Origin: Bradymonadia bacterium
GTDB taxonomy: Bacteria; Myxococcota_A; Bradymonadia; UBA7976; UBA1532
Assembly: GCA_046290225.1 (NCBI GenBank)
Contig: JBKAGE010000060.1
Span: 1 to 57,238, forward strand
Direction: 5' to 3'
DNA: 57,238 bases
Made by a program: the position numbers and the translations under genes. The notes beneath the pieces are model-generated. The model saw nothing but the letters and a program-made list of their open reading frames with translations, did no database searches and was not told the origin of the DNA. How positions within the stretch are numbered: position 1 is the first letter of the stretch; each line of letters opens with the position of its first letter. Shown in pieces: positions 46,801-54,231 of the stretch.

Positions 46801-49719
46801 AGCGCCGGTCGTCACTACCGCGCCTACACCGTGGTGAACACCGACGAGATCCCCCACCGGATCAACGTGCTCGGCGCCTGGAGCTTCGACGGCTACCTGC
46901 ACGCCTTCACCAGCCCCTTCGATCCCGAGAACCTCGAGGGCTGCATCACCGGTAACGACGACTTCCAGAACACCCGCTTCAGCCTCCTCGAGGAGATCGC
47001 CATCGGTCCCGGCGAGCAGCTGACCATCGTGGCGTCGACCTTCGGCGCTGGCGTCACCGGGCCCTTCGCCCTCGAGATCTCCACCCTCATCCCGCCTGAG
47101 TGTGGCGATGAGGTGGTCGAGGGTGAAGAGCAGTGCGACGACGGCAACGAGAACGACGACGATGGCTGCAACACCCTCTGCGAGATCGTCGACATCCCCG
47201 ACGGTGCCCCCTGTGATCCCGAGAGCGACGTTCTCGTGTGCGCCGAGGGCAGCTTCTGCTCCGACGTCACCGAAGAGGGCGCTGAGGCGCCCAGCTACGC
47301 CTGTGCCCTCATCGAGTGTGGTGACGGCCAGGCCGCAGGCGACGAGCAGTGCGACGACGGCAACGAGGCCGACAACGACGGCTGCAACACCCTCTGCGAG
47401 ATCGTGGCGATCCCCGACGGTGGCCCCTGTGATCCCGCCAGCGAGATCTTCGCCTGTGAAGAGGGCCTGTTCTGCTCCGAGGTCGAGGGCAACTTCATCT
47501 GTAACCTGAACCCCTGTGGCAACGGTGTGCTCGACGGTGAAGGCGAAGGCGCCGAGACCTGCGAGGACGGCAACACCCAGGCTGGCGATGGTTGTGACGA
47601 CCTGTGCCAGCTCGAGGAGGCGCCTCTCGAGATCGCCGCCCCTGGCGGCGCCGTGATGGTGGCCGGTGAACTCTCTGAGGGTGGTCCTCAGTGGGCCCGC
47701 CCCAGCGCGCTCTGCTCCGCTGACGACAACGTGGATCACTACTTCCAGGCCTTCCGCATCGTGAACAACACGGGCTTCGATCAGCAGATCACCGCCCTCG
47801 GCGCCTGGAGCTACGACGGCTACATCCACGTCTACCGTGCCCCCTTCGATCCCGAGAACTACGACAACTGCATCCGCGGCAACGACGACTTCGGCGGCAC
47901 GGGCGCCAGCCGACTCACCGACGTGGTCATCCGCGACGGTGAGGAGCTGGTCATCGTGGCTTCGACCTTCGGCGCCAACATCACCGGTGACTTGACCATC
48001 GAGATCACGACTCAGGTGGGTGAGTGCGGTGACGGCCTGCTCGCCGAGGGTGAGCAGTGCGAGGACGGCAACCTGGACGACGGCGACGGCTGCAACGCCA
48101 TGTGCATGCTCGAGCCCGAGAACGCCCTGGCCATCGCCGATCAGGGCGAGAGCGTCTACATCGGCGCCGCCCTCGAAGAGGGTGACGCTCAGTGGCAGCG
48201 CCCCAACGCCGGCTGCACCTCCGGCTTCGGCGCTGCGGACGAGTACTACGACCTGCACCGCATCGTGAACACCAGCGAAGAGCCCCAGCGCATCAACATC
48301 TTCGCCTACTGGCCCGACGTCGACGGCTACCTGCACGTCTTCGTCGATCCCTTCAACGGCGGCGAGCTCGAGGGCTGCATCATCGGTGACGACGATCACG
48401 CCCGCAGCGGCCGCGCCGCTGCTCGGGGCAGCTTCGTCGAGGAGATCACCATCGAGCCCGGTCAGGTGCTCACCGTGGTGCCCTCCACCTTCTCCGGCGG
48501 CAACACCGGCGCGTACTTCCTCGACATCGCCACCCTGCCTCCTCCGGTGTGCGGCGACGGCATCATCGAGGGCAACGAGCAGTGTGATCCCGAGGCCAAC
48601 CTGCCGGCCCCTGAGCTGTGCAACCCCGAGACCTGCCAGTTCATCACCAACGACGAGGTCGAGCCCGACAGTGGCGAGGCCCCCTACGCGGTGATGTTCG
48701 ACGAGAACAACCAGTTCGGCATCGTGGCGGAGATCACCCCCGTGGGCGACCAGGACTGGTTCGCCTTCACCCTGCCCGTCGAGGCCGACATCTACATCGA
48801 GACCTTCAGCGCCACGTCGCTCAACACCTGTGCCGGTGACGCCTTCGGTCGTTTGTTCGCAGCGGGTGATCTCGAGAACGCCATCGCCAGCGACGATGAC
48901 GACGGCCCGGGCTTCTGCCCCGCCATCAACCCCAATGGCAACCCCGAAGCCATGCGCGCCATGGCCGGTGATTACGTCTTCCAGTTCACCGATCTGAACG
49001 ACAACGGCGAGCTCGACTTCAACGTCGTGCGCATCTGGTACGTGCCCTACGTGGGCGCCGACGAGGCCTGTGGTCCTGGTCTGGCCATGTGTGCCGAGGG
49101 TGAGTGCGAGATCGCCGAGGGCGAAGAGGCTGGCACCTGCGTGGTGGCGGCGCCGGCCACCCCCGACGCCGATGGTCAGGTCATCATCACCGAGATCATG
49201 AAGAACCCCAACCTCTCCGACGCTGACGCGGAGTGGTTCGAGGTCTACAACGCCACCGATGGTCCCATCGACCTGGCGGGCATTCAGATCTCCGACAACG
49301 ACGGTGACGTGCACGTCATCGCCTCGAGCGTGGTGATCGAGGCTGGCACCTACGCGGTGCTCGCCCGCCTCAACGACAACGCCTTCAACGGCAACCTCAA
49401 CGCGGTCTACGAGTACGGTGGCGCCGACGGCACTGACATTCAGCTCGCCAACGGCTCCGACGAGCTGGTGCTCACCAACATTGCCGATCCCGCGAACCCC
49501 ATCGAGCTCGACCGGGTCGAGTTCACCGACGCCACCCACCCCGATGACACGGGGCGCTCCATGCAGCTCAACGGTGACGTCGCTGGGGACAACAACGACG
49601 GCGCCAACTGGTGCAGCGCCTCCGACGAGTACGCCCCTGCAGTGCCCGACGTGAACGGCGCTGATTACGGTACTCCCGGTGCTGCATCCGGTGCGTGCTT
49701 CGTGGAGCTCCCCAACTGA
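43804..49719 (+). CDS. 1971-aa modular acidic lipoprotein: Gly/Met linker, 2 His/Cys modules, 11 myxococcal Cys repeats (DUF4215-like), PPC/DVUA0089-like domains, lamin-tail domain
   Basis: Lipobox FIGC-DDDD; CGDG...E.CDDGN....DGC repeats; EPD...D(W/Y)F.FTL three times; WxRP...DGY(L/I)H...PF...G(N/D)DD three times; VIITEIM.NP...EWFEVYN...GTPG. ATG 43816 is an alternative start. Confidence 0.92.
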   Translation: MGRSMGRHYLRRATTVLCLTSALFIGCDDDDNSEGTGGGGAGGVMGGAGGGGAGGEAGMGGDGGGGAGGVAGMGGAGGEAGMGGEGGMGGDGGGGAGGAGGMGGDGGMGGMPPPPPNDCEAYCDIMEANCGDVYADRDTCLSTCALFPDDGDVGDTDGNTLQCRIYHGGAAEEDSALHCPHAAAEGGGVCGSYCEVYCDLLDDTCTGDNAQYADRDSCLSACEDIPTDGDVGAVSGDSVQCRIYHGGVPATADPALHCNHAGELGDGVCALPPTDHEEPDALEMPVRLTFDRFGVAQGNFALDPEGDNDYFIFTLEQPVDLAIAITSPDGESACEDDTLVALHPFGGEEALVTNDDFPGIDAACSFLAAGSNPEMVRVPAGDHVVRAWSRDGAVTGPLAIVVAQLPALEDGDPCGEEEVVQVCRFDAYCAPDEEGNPVCTANVCGDGVIAGEETCEDGNEIDGDGCDSCTLVAIETGAACDPESDIYLCNEAAYCGENAEAGEGDPAFVCIDHICGDEIVGPEETCDDGNDVDGDGCEACQIVAIPDGNECDPLSNIYLCGPNSFCGPPALLPEKGEVINVCNPHVCGDDILGPLEECEGEQELCQDCQVQVNVPRHEEPDSREEPYRLEFNDEQLAAAGFQLNPTGDEDWFIFTLPVQANVTILTRSALEPDGCEGDTILDLYNLEGEDSIARNDDAPFGRDPSFRPCSEINPDNSNGVTAQMAPGDYLIRVTPFVGFGGPPGPEELNLIEVRFAVTGIDDACDDLNPCPEEGYCPEVEEGDDPAVCVAHVCGDGIIGLMEECDDGNDDNTDGCTDACAIQPIALGDACDPAGFPCVEEGYCGEPANKGVEPINICIPHVCGDGIVGFMEQCDDQNDNEDDGCNSECQLVAIPDGAPCDPAEDTLVCGENSFCAEQPAEGEEDPTFACAPVVCGDGIIAGAETCEDGNDVDGDGCSAMCQTEAEPFPIPAPGESLAFLGELNEESPLWGRPSAACGFPSAGRHYRAYTVVNTDEIPHRINVLGAWSFDGYLHAFTSPFDPENLEGCITGNDDFQNTRFSLLEEIAIGPGEQLTIVASTFGAGVTGPFALEISTLIPPECGDEVVEGEEQCDDGNENDDDGCNTLCEIVDIPDGAPCDPESDVLVCAEGSFCSDVTEEGAEAPSYACALIECGDGQAAGDEQCDDGNEADNDGCNTLCEIVAIPDGGPCDPASEIFACEEGLFCSEVEGNFICNLNPCGNGVLDGEGEGAETCEDGNTQAGDGCDDLCQLEEAPLEIAAPGGAVMVAGELSEGGPQWARPSALCSADDNVDHYFQAFRIVNNTGFDQQITALGAWSYDGYIHVYRAPFDPENYDNCIRGNDDFGGTGASRLTDVVIRDGEELVIVASTFGANITGDLTIEITTQVGECGDGLLAEGEQCEDGNLDDGDGCNAMCMLEPENALAIADQGESVYIGAALEEGDAQWQRPNAGCTSGFGAADEYYDLHRIVNTSEEPQRINIFAYWPDVDGYLHVFVDPFNGGELEGCIIGDDDHARSGRAAARGSFVEEITIEPGQVLTVVPSTFSGGNTGAYFLDIATLPPPVCGDGIIEGNEQCDPEANLPAPELCNPETCQFITNDEVEPDSGEAPYAVMFDENNQFGIVAEITPVGDQDWFAFTLPVEADIYIETFSATSLNTCAGDAFGRLFAAGDLENAIASDDDDGPGFCPAINPNGNPEAMRAMAGDYVFQFTDLNDNGELDFNVVRIWYVPYVGADEACGPGLAMCAEGECEIAEGEEAGTCVVAAPATPDADGQVIITEIMKNPNLSDADAEWFEVYNATDGPIDLAGIQISDNDGDVHVIASSVVIEAGTYAVLARLNDNAFNGNLNAVYEYGGADGTDIQLANGSDELVLTNIADPANPIELDRVEFTDATHPDDTGRSMQLNGDVAGDNNDGANWCSASDEYAPAVPDVNGADYGTPGAASGACFVELPN

Positions 49720-49726
49720 TGCCGCC

Positions 49727-49843
49727 TGCCCCTCGGGGCACCCCGTCATCTCCCCCCTGAGCCGGCGTCGCTCGCAACGCTGACGCCGGCCTCGTCATCT
49801 TCCCCCCACATCTGCACAAAGCCTCGTCGCGAGGCTCTCTTTG
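49727..49843 (+). terminator. Cluster of stem-loops between the paralogs
   Basis: TGCCCC-tc-GGGGCA (49727-49740); GCCGGCGTC...GACGCCGGC (49761-49790); AGCCTCG-tcg-CGAGGCT followed by ctcttt (49820-49842). Confidence 0.5.
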
Positions 49844-49862
49844 ATCCCTGCATTCGTGCTAA
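49841..49862 (+). promoter_or_regulatory. Upstream motif shared by the two giant lipoprotein genes (copy 2)
   Basis: TTGATCCctgcaTTCGTGCTAA, 38 nt before ATG 49900 (RBS GAGGAG). Confidence 0.45.
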
Positions 49863-49899
49863 CACAGAGGGGTCGAGAGCCCGCCTGTCGAGGAGCGTC

Positions 49900-52800
49900 A
49901 TGGGGAACGTGCGAATTCACTCTCTGCTGTCTGTCATTGTCTGCGCTGCTGCCCTGGTTGGGGGGTGTGACGATGAGGGCAATGAAGCCACAGGTACCGG
50001 CGGCTCAGGTGCCGCCGTCGCCGGTGCTGGTGGAGACGTCGGCGGTGCCGGCGGTCACACCGGTGGGACTGGCGGCGACGCCGGAGGTGCTGGTGGTGAC
50101 GTTGGCGGCACTGGCGGTGAAGTCGGAGGCGCTGGCGGCGACGTCGGCGGTGCCGGAGGCAACATCGGCGGTGCTGGCGGGGACGTTGGTGGTGCTGGCG
50201 GTATGGGTGGCGACGTCGGCGGCGCAGGCGGCGACCCAGGTGGTGCTGGTGGCATGGGCGGAGTACCTGGAGGCGCCGGTGGTATGGGTGGAGACCCTGG
50301 TGGTGCCGGCGGTATGGGCGGTGCCGGAGGCGACATCGGTGGAGCTGGCGGCGCTGGCGGCGCTGGCGGCATGGGTGGCGCAGGCGGCGATGTCGGTGGT
50401 GCCGGTGGCGATGTCGGCGGTGCCGGCGGTGAAGTGGGTGGCATGGGCGGCGCCGGTGGCATGCCGCCTCCGCCGCCAAATGATTGTGACGCTTACTGTG
50501 ACTTGATGCTGGACAATTGCGCCGAGGCCTACGCTGATCGTGAGGCCTGTCTGGCGGAGTGTGGGCGGCTCCCTGAAGATGGCGCCGTCGGTGACGAGCT
50601 CGGGGACACCCTTCAGTGTCGCATCACCCATGCTCTGGCTGCAGCCGAGGCGGCCGAGCGCAACTGCGCCATCGCTGGCCCCGCAGGTGAAGGCGTCTGT
50701 GTGCAGCAACCCGTAATCCACAGCGAGCCCGACAGCCAGGAGGCCCCAGTGCCTCTGGTGTTCAACCGATTTGGGGTGGCTGAGGGCGACTTCGAGTTGA
50801 GTGACGGAGACGACGTTGACTGGTTCTCCATCACCCTCGACGCCCCCACCGATCTCTCCATTGTGCTCACCCCCGTCGATCCGCTCGCGGGTGTTTGCGC
50901 AGGTGATCCAGCGGTGGCGCTCTATCTCCAAGATGGGATCGGGGCCGTCACCTTCCTCGATGACTTCGAGGGCAGCCCTTGCCCCTCGCTCTACCCAGCT
51001 ACGGCACCAGATGTCAGGCAGGTGCCTGCTGGCACTCACCTGATTCGGGGGTACACCTTTACCGAAGAGGGGGCGGGTCCGCTCCGCGTGACCGTGACCC
51101 AGATGCAGCCCATCGCCGAGGGCATGCCGTGCCTGGGTGAAGAAGTGCGACGTGCCTGCATCGCGCCGAACTATTGTGATGCTGGCATGGGCATCTGTCG
51201 GCAAAACGTCTGCGGCGACGGGATCGTGCTCGACGGCGAGGCCTGCGATGACGGCAATGATGATGCTGGCGATGGCTGTGAGGCCTGTGAGATCGCCCCC
51301 CTCGACGTGGGCCAGCCCTGTGATCCCGATGACGAGGTGTTTCGTTGCTTGGAGATCGCGGCGTATTGCGGCCAGGGTGACGACGGGCGAAACGCGTGCG
51401 TGGCGCATCGCTGTGGCGACGGTCTCATCGGCCCTCGAGAAGACTGCGAAGATGGCAACAACAACGGCAACGACGGGTGCGCGGCGTGTCAAATCGTAGG
51501 CATCCCCCTGGGCTTCCCCTGCCAGGCTGATGGCTACGCCTGTATCGACGGTGCCTACTGTGGCGCGCAGGGGTGCACGTTGCACGAGTGCGGTGACTCG
51601 GTCATCGCCCCAGAAGAAGAGTGTGACGAGAACGATCCGCTCTGCGTCGATTGCCTCGTCGATCTCGATCTGCCCCGCCATCAGGAGCCCGACAGCGCCG
51701 AGGCCCCCATGCCCCTCGTCTTCGACGACGAGGGCCGGGCGGAGCTGCTGTTCCAGTTCAAGCCCGACGAAGACGAGGACTGGCTGAGCTTCACCCTCGA
51801 GGCCTCGACCAACATCACCATCACCACCCAGTCGTTCACCGGCTCTGGCTGCGAGGGTGACACGGTGGTCGAGATCCTCGACGCCGAGGGCCGCCAGATC
51901 GCCTTCAATGACGACGCAGGGCCTGACAGCCCCTGCTCGGTGATCAACCCCTTCAACGATGGCACGGATGCGCAGCTGCCCCCTGGTGACTACGTCATTC
52001 ACCTGCGGCCGTTCCGTCCGCAGACCCGGGGCTTGAACCGCCTCACAGTGATCGCCCGGACCATGGCCATCGGCGACGCTTGCCTGCTCGGCGATCGAGA
52101 CAACCCTTGCCCACCGGCGGCCTTCTGTCACCCCGAGACGCGCCTGTGTGCCGTGCACGTGTGCGGCGATGGCCTCGTGGGCCCCGACGAGGCCTGCGAT
52201 GACGCCAACTACAACGATCTCGACGGCTGCACTTCAGCGTGTGCCCTCGATCCCATCGATCTCGGCGATCCGTGTACGCTCGACGGGTTCCCCTGCGTCG
52301 ACGAAGGGTTCTGCAACCCCAACACGTTGCAGTGTGCAGTGCACGTCTGCGGTGATGGCATCGTGGGGCTCGAGGAGAGCTGCGACGACGGCAACGAGGC
52401 CGAGAACGACGGCTGCAACACCCTCTGCGAGATCGTGCCCATCCCCCTCGACGGCCCGTGCAGCCCTGAGGACGACACCTTCGTCTGTGATGCAGAGCTG
52501 TTCTGCCGCCCCGGCGATGACGGCGCTCAGTGCGCCGAGGTGGTGTGTGGCGACGGCTTCATCGCCGGCGACGAGGTGTGTGATCCGGCGGCGGCGCTGC
52601 CCGGCTCGGTGGTGTGCTCCGAGGCCTGCGGATACATGCCGTTCCACAGCACCGCGGAGCCCGACAGCGCCGAGAGCCCCTGGGTGGTGGAGTTCGGCCC
52701 TGATCGCCGCTTCGACATCGTGAACGAGATCCCCGAGATCGGAGACGAGGACTGGTTCCGCATCACGCTGCCCCTCGACGCCGACCTCTACATCGAGACC

Positions 52801-54120
52801 CGATCCGCGCTGCAGTCGGGCGCCCGGTGTGAAGGCGATCTCGAGGCCTGGCTGTTCCACCCGGACGATCTCGACAACCGCATCATCCGCAACGACGACA
52901 CCATCGGCCTCTGCCCGCGCATCAGCCCTGCGGAGACCAACCGTGTGGTGCGCCTCGCCGCCGGCGACTACCTGATCCGCATCAATGAGCTCTTCAACAA
53001 CGCCACGGCGGGCTACAACCTGATCTCGATCTGGTACGTGCCCTATGTCGGGGTCGGTGAGCGCTGCGCTGAGGGTGAGGGCTTCTGCGACGGCGACCTC
53101 GTCTGTGGTCCGGAGCAGCTGTGTCTGGCGCCGCCTCCCGATGCTGAGCTCGACGCGCCCTTTGCCGGTGAGATCGACGCTGTAGACGGCGAGGGTCGCC
53201 ATGACATGGTCCTGCACGATCCGGCATGGGTCGATGCCTGGACCCTCGATCCGGCAGGGACCCCATGTGGCATCGACACGGTGTTGTCCATCGTCGACGC
53301 CGAGGGCACTGAGATCGCCCGCAACGACAACGACATGGTCCGTGGCCGCGCGCCGTGCTCTGCTCTGAGCATCTTCCTCGAGCCGGGCAACTACACCTTT
53401 GTGGTGACGGGTCGAGATCCCTTCGAGCCCCTCGGGCCGTACACGCTCAACGTCGCCCTGCTGCGTGGCGTGGCCGACGGTGAAATCTGTGATCGACAAG
53501 GGCTCTCTGATCGTTGCCAGTCCGATCTCACGTGTCGGGTACTCGAGAATGGCGAGAGCCGCTGTGGCGCCATCGCTCCACTACAGCCTGGTCAGGGCGA
53601 GGTGGTGCCCGAGGTGGAGCCCAACGAGACCACTGCCGATGCCCAGGCCCTCGTCGTCGGTGGAGGCATGTCGGGCACTCTGAGCCCCCGAACAGATGCA
53701 TATGACGTGATGTCCCTCGCCCTCGATGGGCCACAGCGTGTGGTCATCACCGCGGAGCGAGAGGGCGGCTGTGATGGCGTGGGCGCTGATCCGCGTTTGA
53801 GCCTCGTCGATGGGGCCACCCTCGACGCGTTGGGCGCAGAGGCGTTGCTGCCTGGGCAGCGGCTGGCTTTCAACGACGACGATCTCGACGGTCGCTGCCC
53901 ACGCCTCGACGTGGTCCTCGGCGCCGGGACCCACTACTTCGCCATCGACGAGCTGGGGCACAACGATGCGTTGACCTACAGCCTCTCGGTGACGACGGGC
54001 CCAGTGCTCTCCGCGGGCGCAGCCTGCGACGCCCGAGGGGCGGATGTGCCGTGTGGTCCGGGGCTTCTGTGCCTCAACGCTGACGCCAATGACGTGGGGA
54101 CGTGCGCCGCCGCGCCTTGA
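49900..54120 (+). CDS. 1406-aa paralogous modular lipoprotein (long Gly linker, 1 degenerate His/Cys module, 6 Cys repeats, 5 PPC-like domains)
   Basis: Lipobox VGGC-DDE; GGMPPPPPNDC linker end identical to the upstream gene; collinear domain order. Confidence 0.92.
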   Translation: MGNVRIHSLLSVIVCAAALVGGCDDEGNEATGTGGSGAAVAGAGGDVGGAGGHTGGTGGDAGGAGGDVGGTGGEVGGAGGDVGGAGGNIGGAGGDVGGAGGMGGDVGGAGGDPGGAGGMGGVPGGAGGMGGDPGGAGGMGGAGGDIGGAGGAGGAGGMGGAGGDVGGAGGDVGGAGGEVGGMGGAGGMPPPPPNDCDAYCDLMLDNCAEAYADREACLAECGRLPEDGAVGDELGDTLQCRITHALAAAEAAERNCAIAGPAGEGVCVQQPVIHSEPDSQEAPVPLVFNRFGVAEGDFELSDGDDVDWFSITLDAPTDLSIVLTPVDPLAGVCAGDPAVALYLQDGIGAVTFLDDFEGSPCPSLYPATAPDVRQVPAGTHLIRGYTFTEEGAGPLRVTVTQMQPIAEGMPCLGEEVRRACIAPNYCDAGMGICRQNVCGDGIVLDGEACDDGNDDAGDGCEACEIAPLDVGQPCDPDDEVFRCLEIAAYCGQGDDGRNACVAHRCGDGLIGPREDCEDGNNNGNDGCAACQIVGIPLGFPCQADGYACIDGAYCGAQGCTLHECGDSVIAPEEECDENDPLCVDCLVDLDLPRHQEPDSAEAPMPLVFDDEGRAELLFQFKPDEDEDWLSFTLEASTNITITTQSFTGSGCEGDTVVEILDAEGRQIAFNDDAGPDSPCSVINPFNDGTDAQLPPGDYVIHLRPFRPQTRGLNRLTVIARTMAIGDACLLGDRDNPCPPAAFCHPETRLCAVHVCGDGLVGPDEACDDANYNDLDGCTSACALDPIDLGDPCTLDGFPCVDEGFCNPNTLQCAVHVCGDGIVGLEESCDDGNEAENDGCNTLCEIVPIPLDGPCSPEDDTFVCDAELFCRPGDDGAQCAEVVCGDGFIAGDEVCDPAAALPGSVVCSEACGYMPFHSTAEPDSAESPWVVEFGPDRRFDIVNEIPEIGDEDWFRITLPLDADLYIETRSALQSGARCEGDLEAWLFHPDDLDNRIIRNDDTIGLCPRISPAETNRVVRLAAGDYLIRINELFNNATAGYNLISIWYVPYVGVGERCAEGEGFCDGDLVCGPEQLCLAPPPDAELDAPFAGEIDAVDGEGRHDMVLHDPAWVDAWTLDPAGTPCGIDTVLSIVDAEGTEIARNDNDMVRGRAPCSALSIFLEPGNYTFVVTGRDPFEPLGPYTLNVALLRGVADGEICDRQGLSDRCQSDLTCRVLENGESRCGAIAPLQPGQGEVVPEVEPNETTADAQALVVGGGMSGTLSPRTDAYDVMSLALDGPQRVVITAEREGGCDGVGADPRLSLVDGATLDALGAEALLPGQRLAFNDDDLDGRCPRLDVVLGAGTHYFAIDELGHNDALTYSLSVTTGPVLSAGAACDARGADVPCGPGLLCLNADANDVGTCAAAP
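49993..50478 (+). repeat. Low-complexity GGAGGDV/GGMGG coding repeat (about 160 aa)
   Basis: About 20 degenerate 21-nt-type units such as ggcggtgccggcggcgatgtc. Confidence 0.85.
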
Positions 54121-54231
54121 AGCTCTGCCTCAGCAGCTGCGCAGTGGCGGAATAGATTCTCTCCACGCCCGATTTGCGCTCACGGTCATTCCACGTTGAA
54201 ATGTCCTGGTTTTCGATCGTCGAGCCTTTTC

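Noticed and set aside
43864..49749. 1961-aa minus-strand ORF
   Set aside because: Codon-aligned antisense shadow of the 1971-aa lipoprotein gene; V/A/G-rich mirror composition.
31514..50478. Short tandem repeats as a possible CRISPR array
   Set aside because: All repeats are in-frame coding repeats with no unique spacers, and no cas genes are present.
47134..52437. Near-identical repeats as a diversity-generating retroelement TR/VR pair
   Set aside because: No reverse transcriptase in the window, the one mismatch is C/G rather than adenine-specific, and both copies are internal coding repeats.
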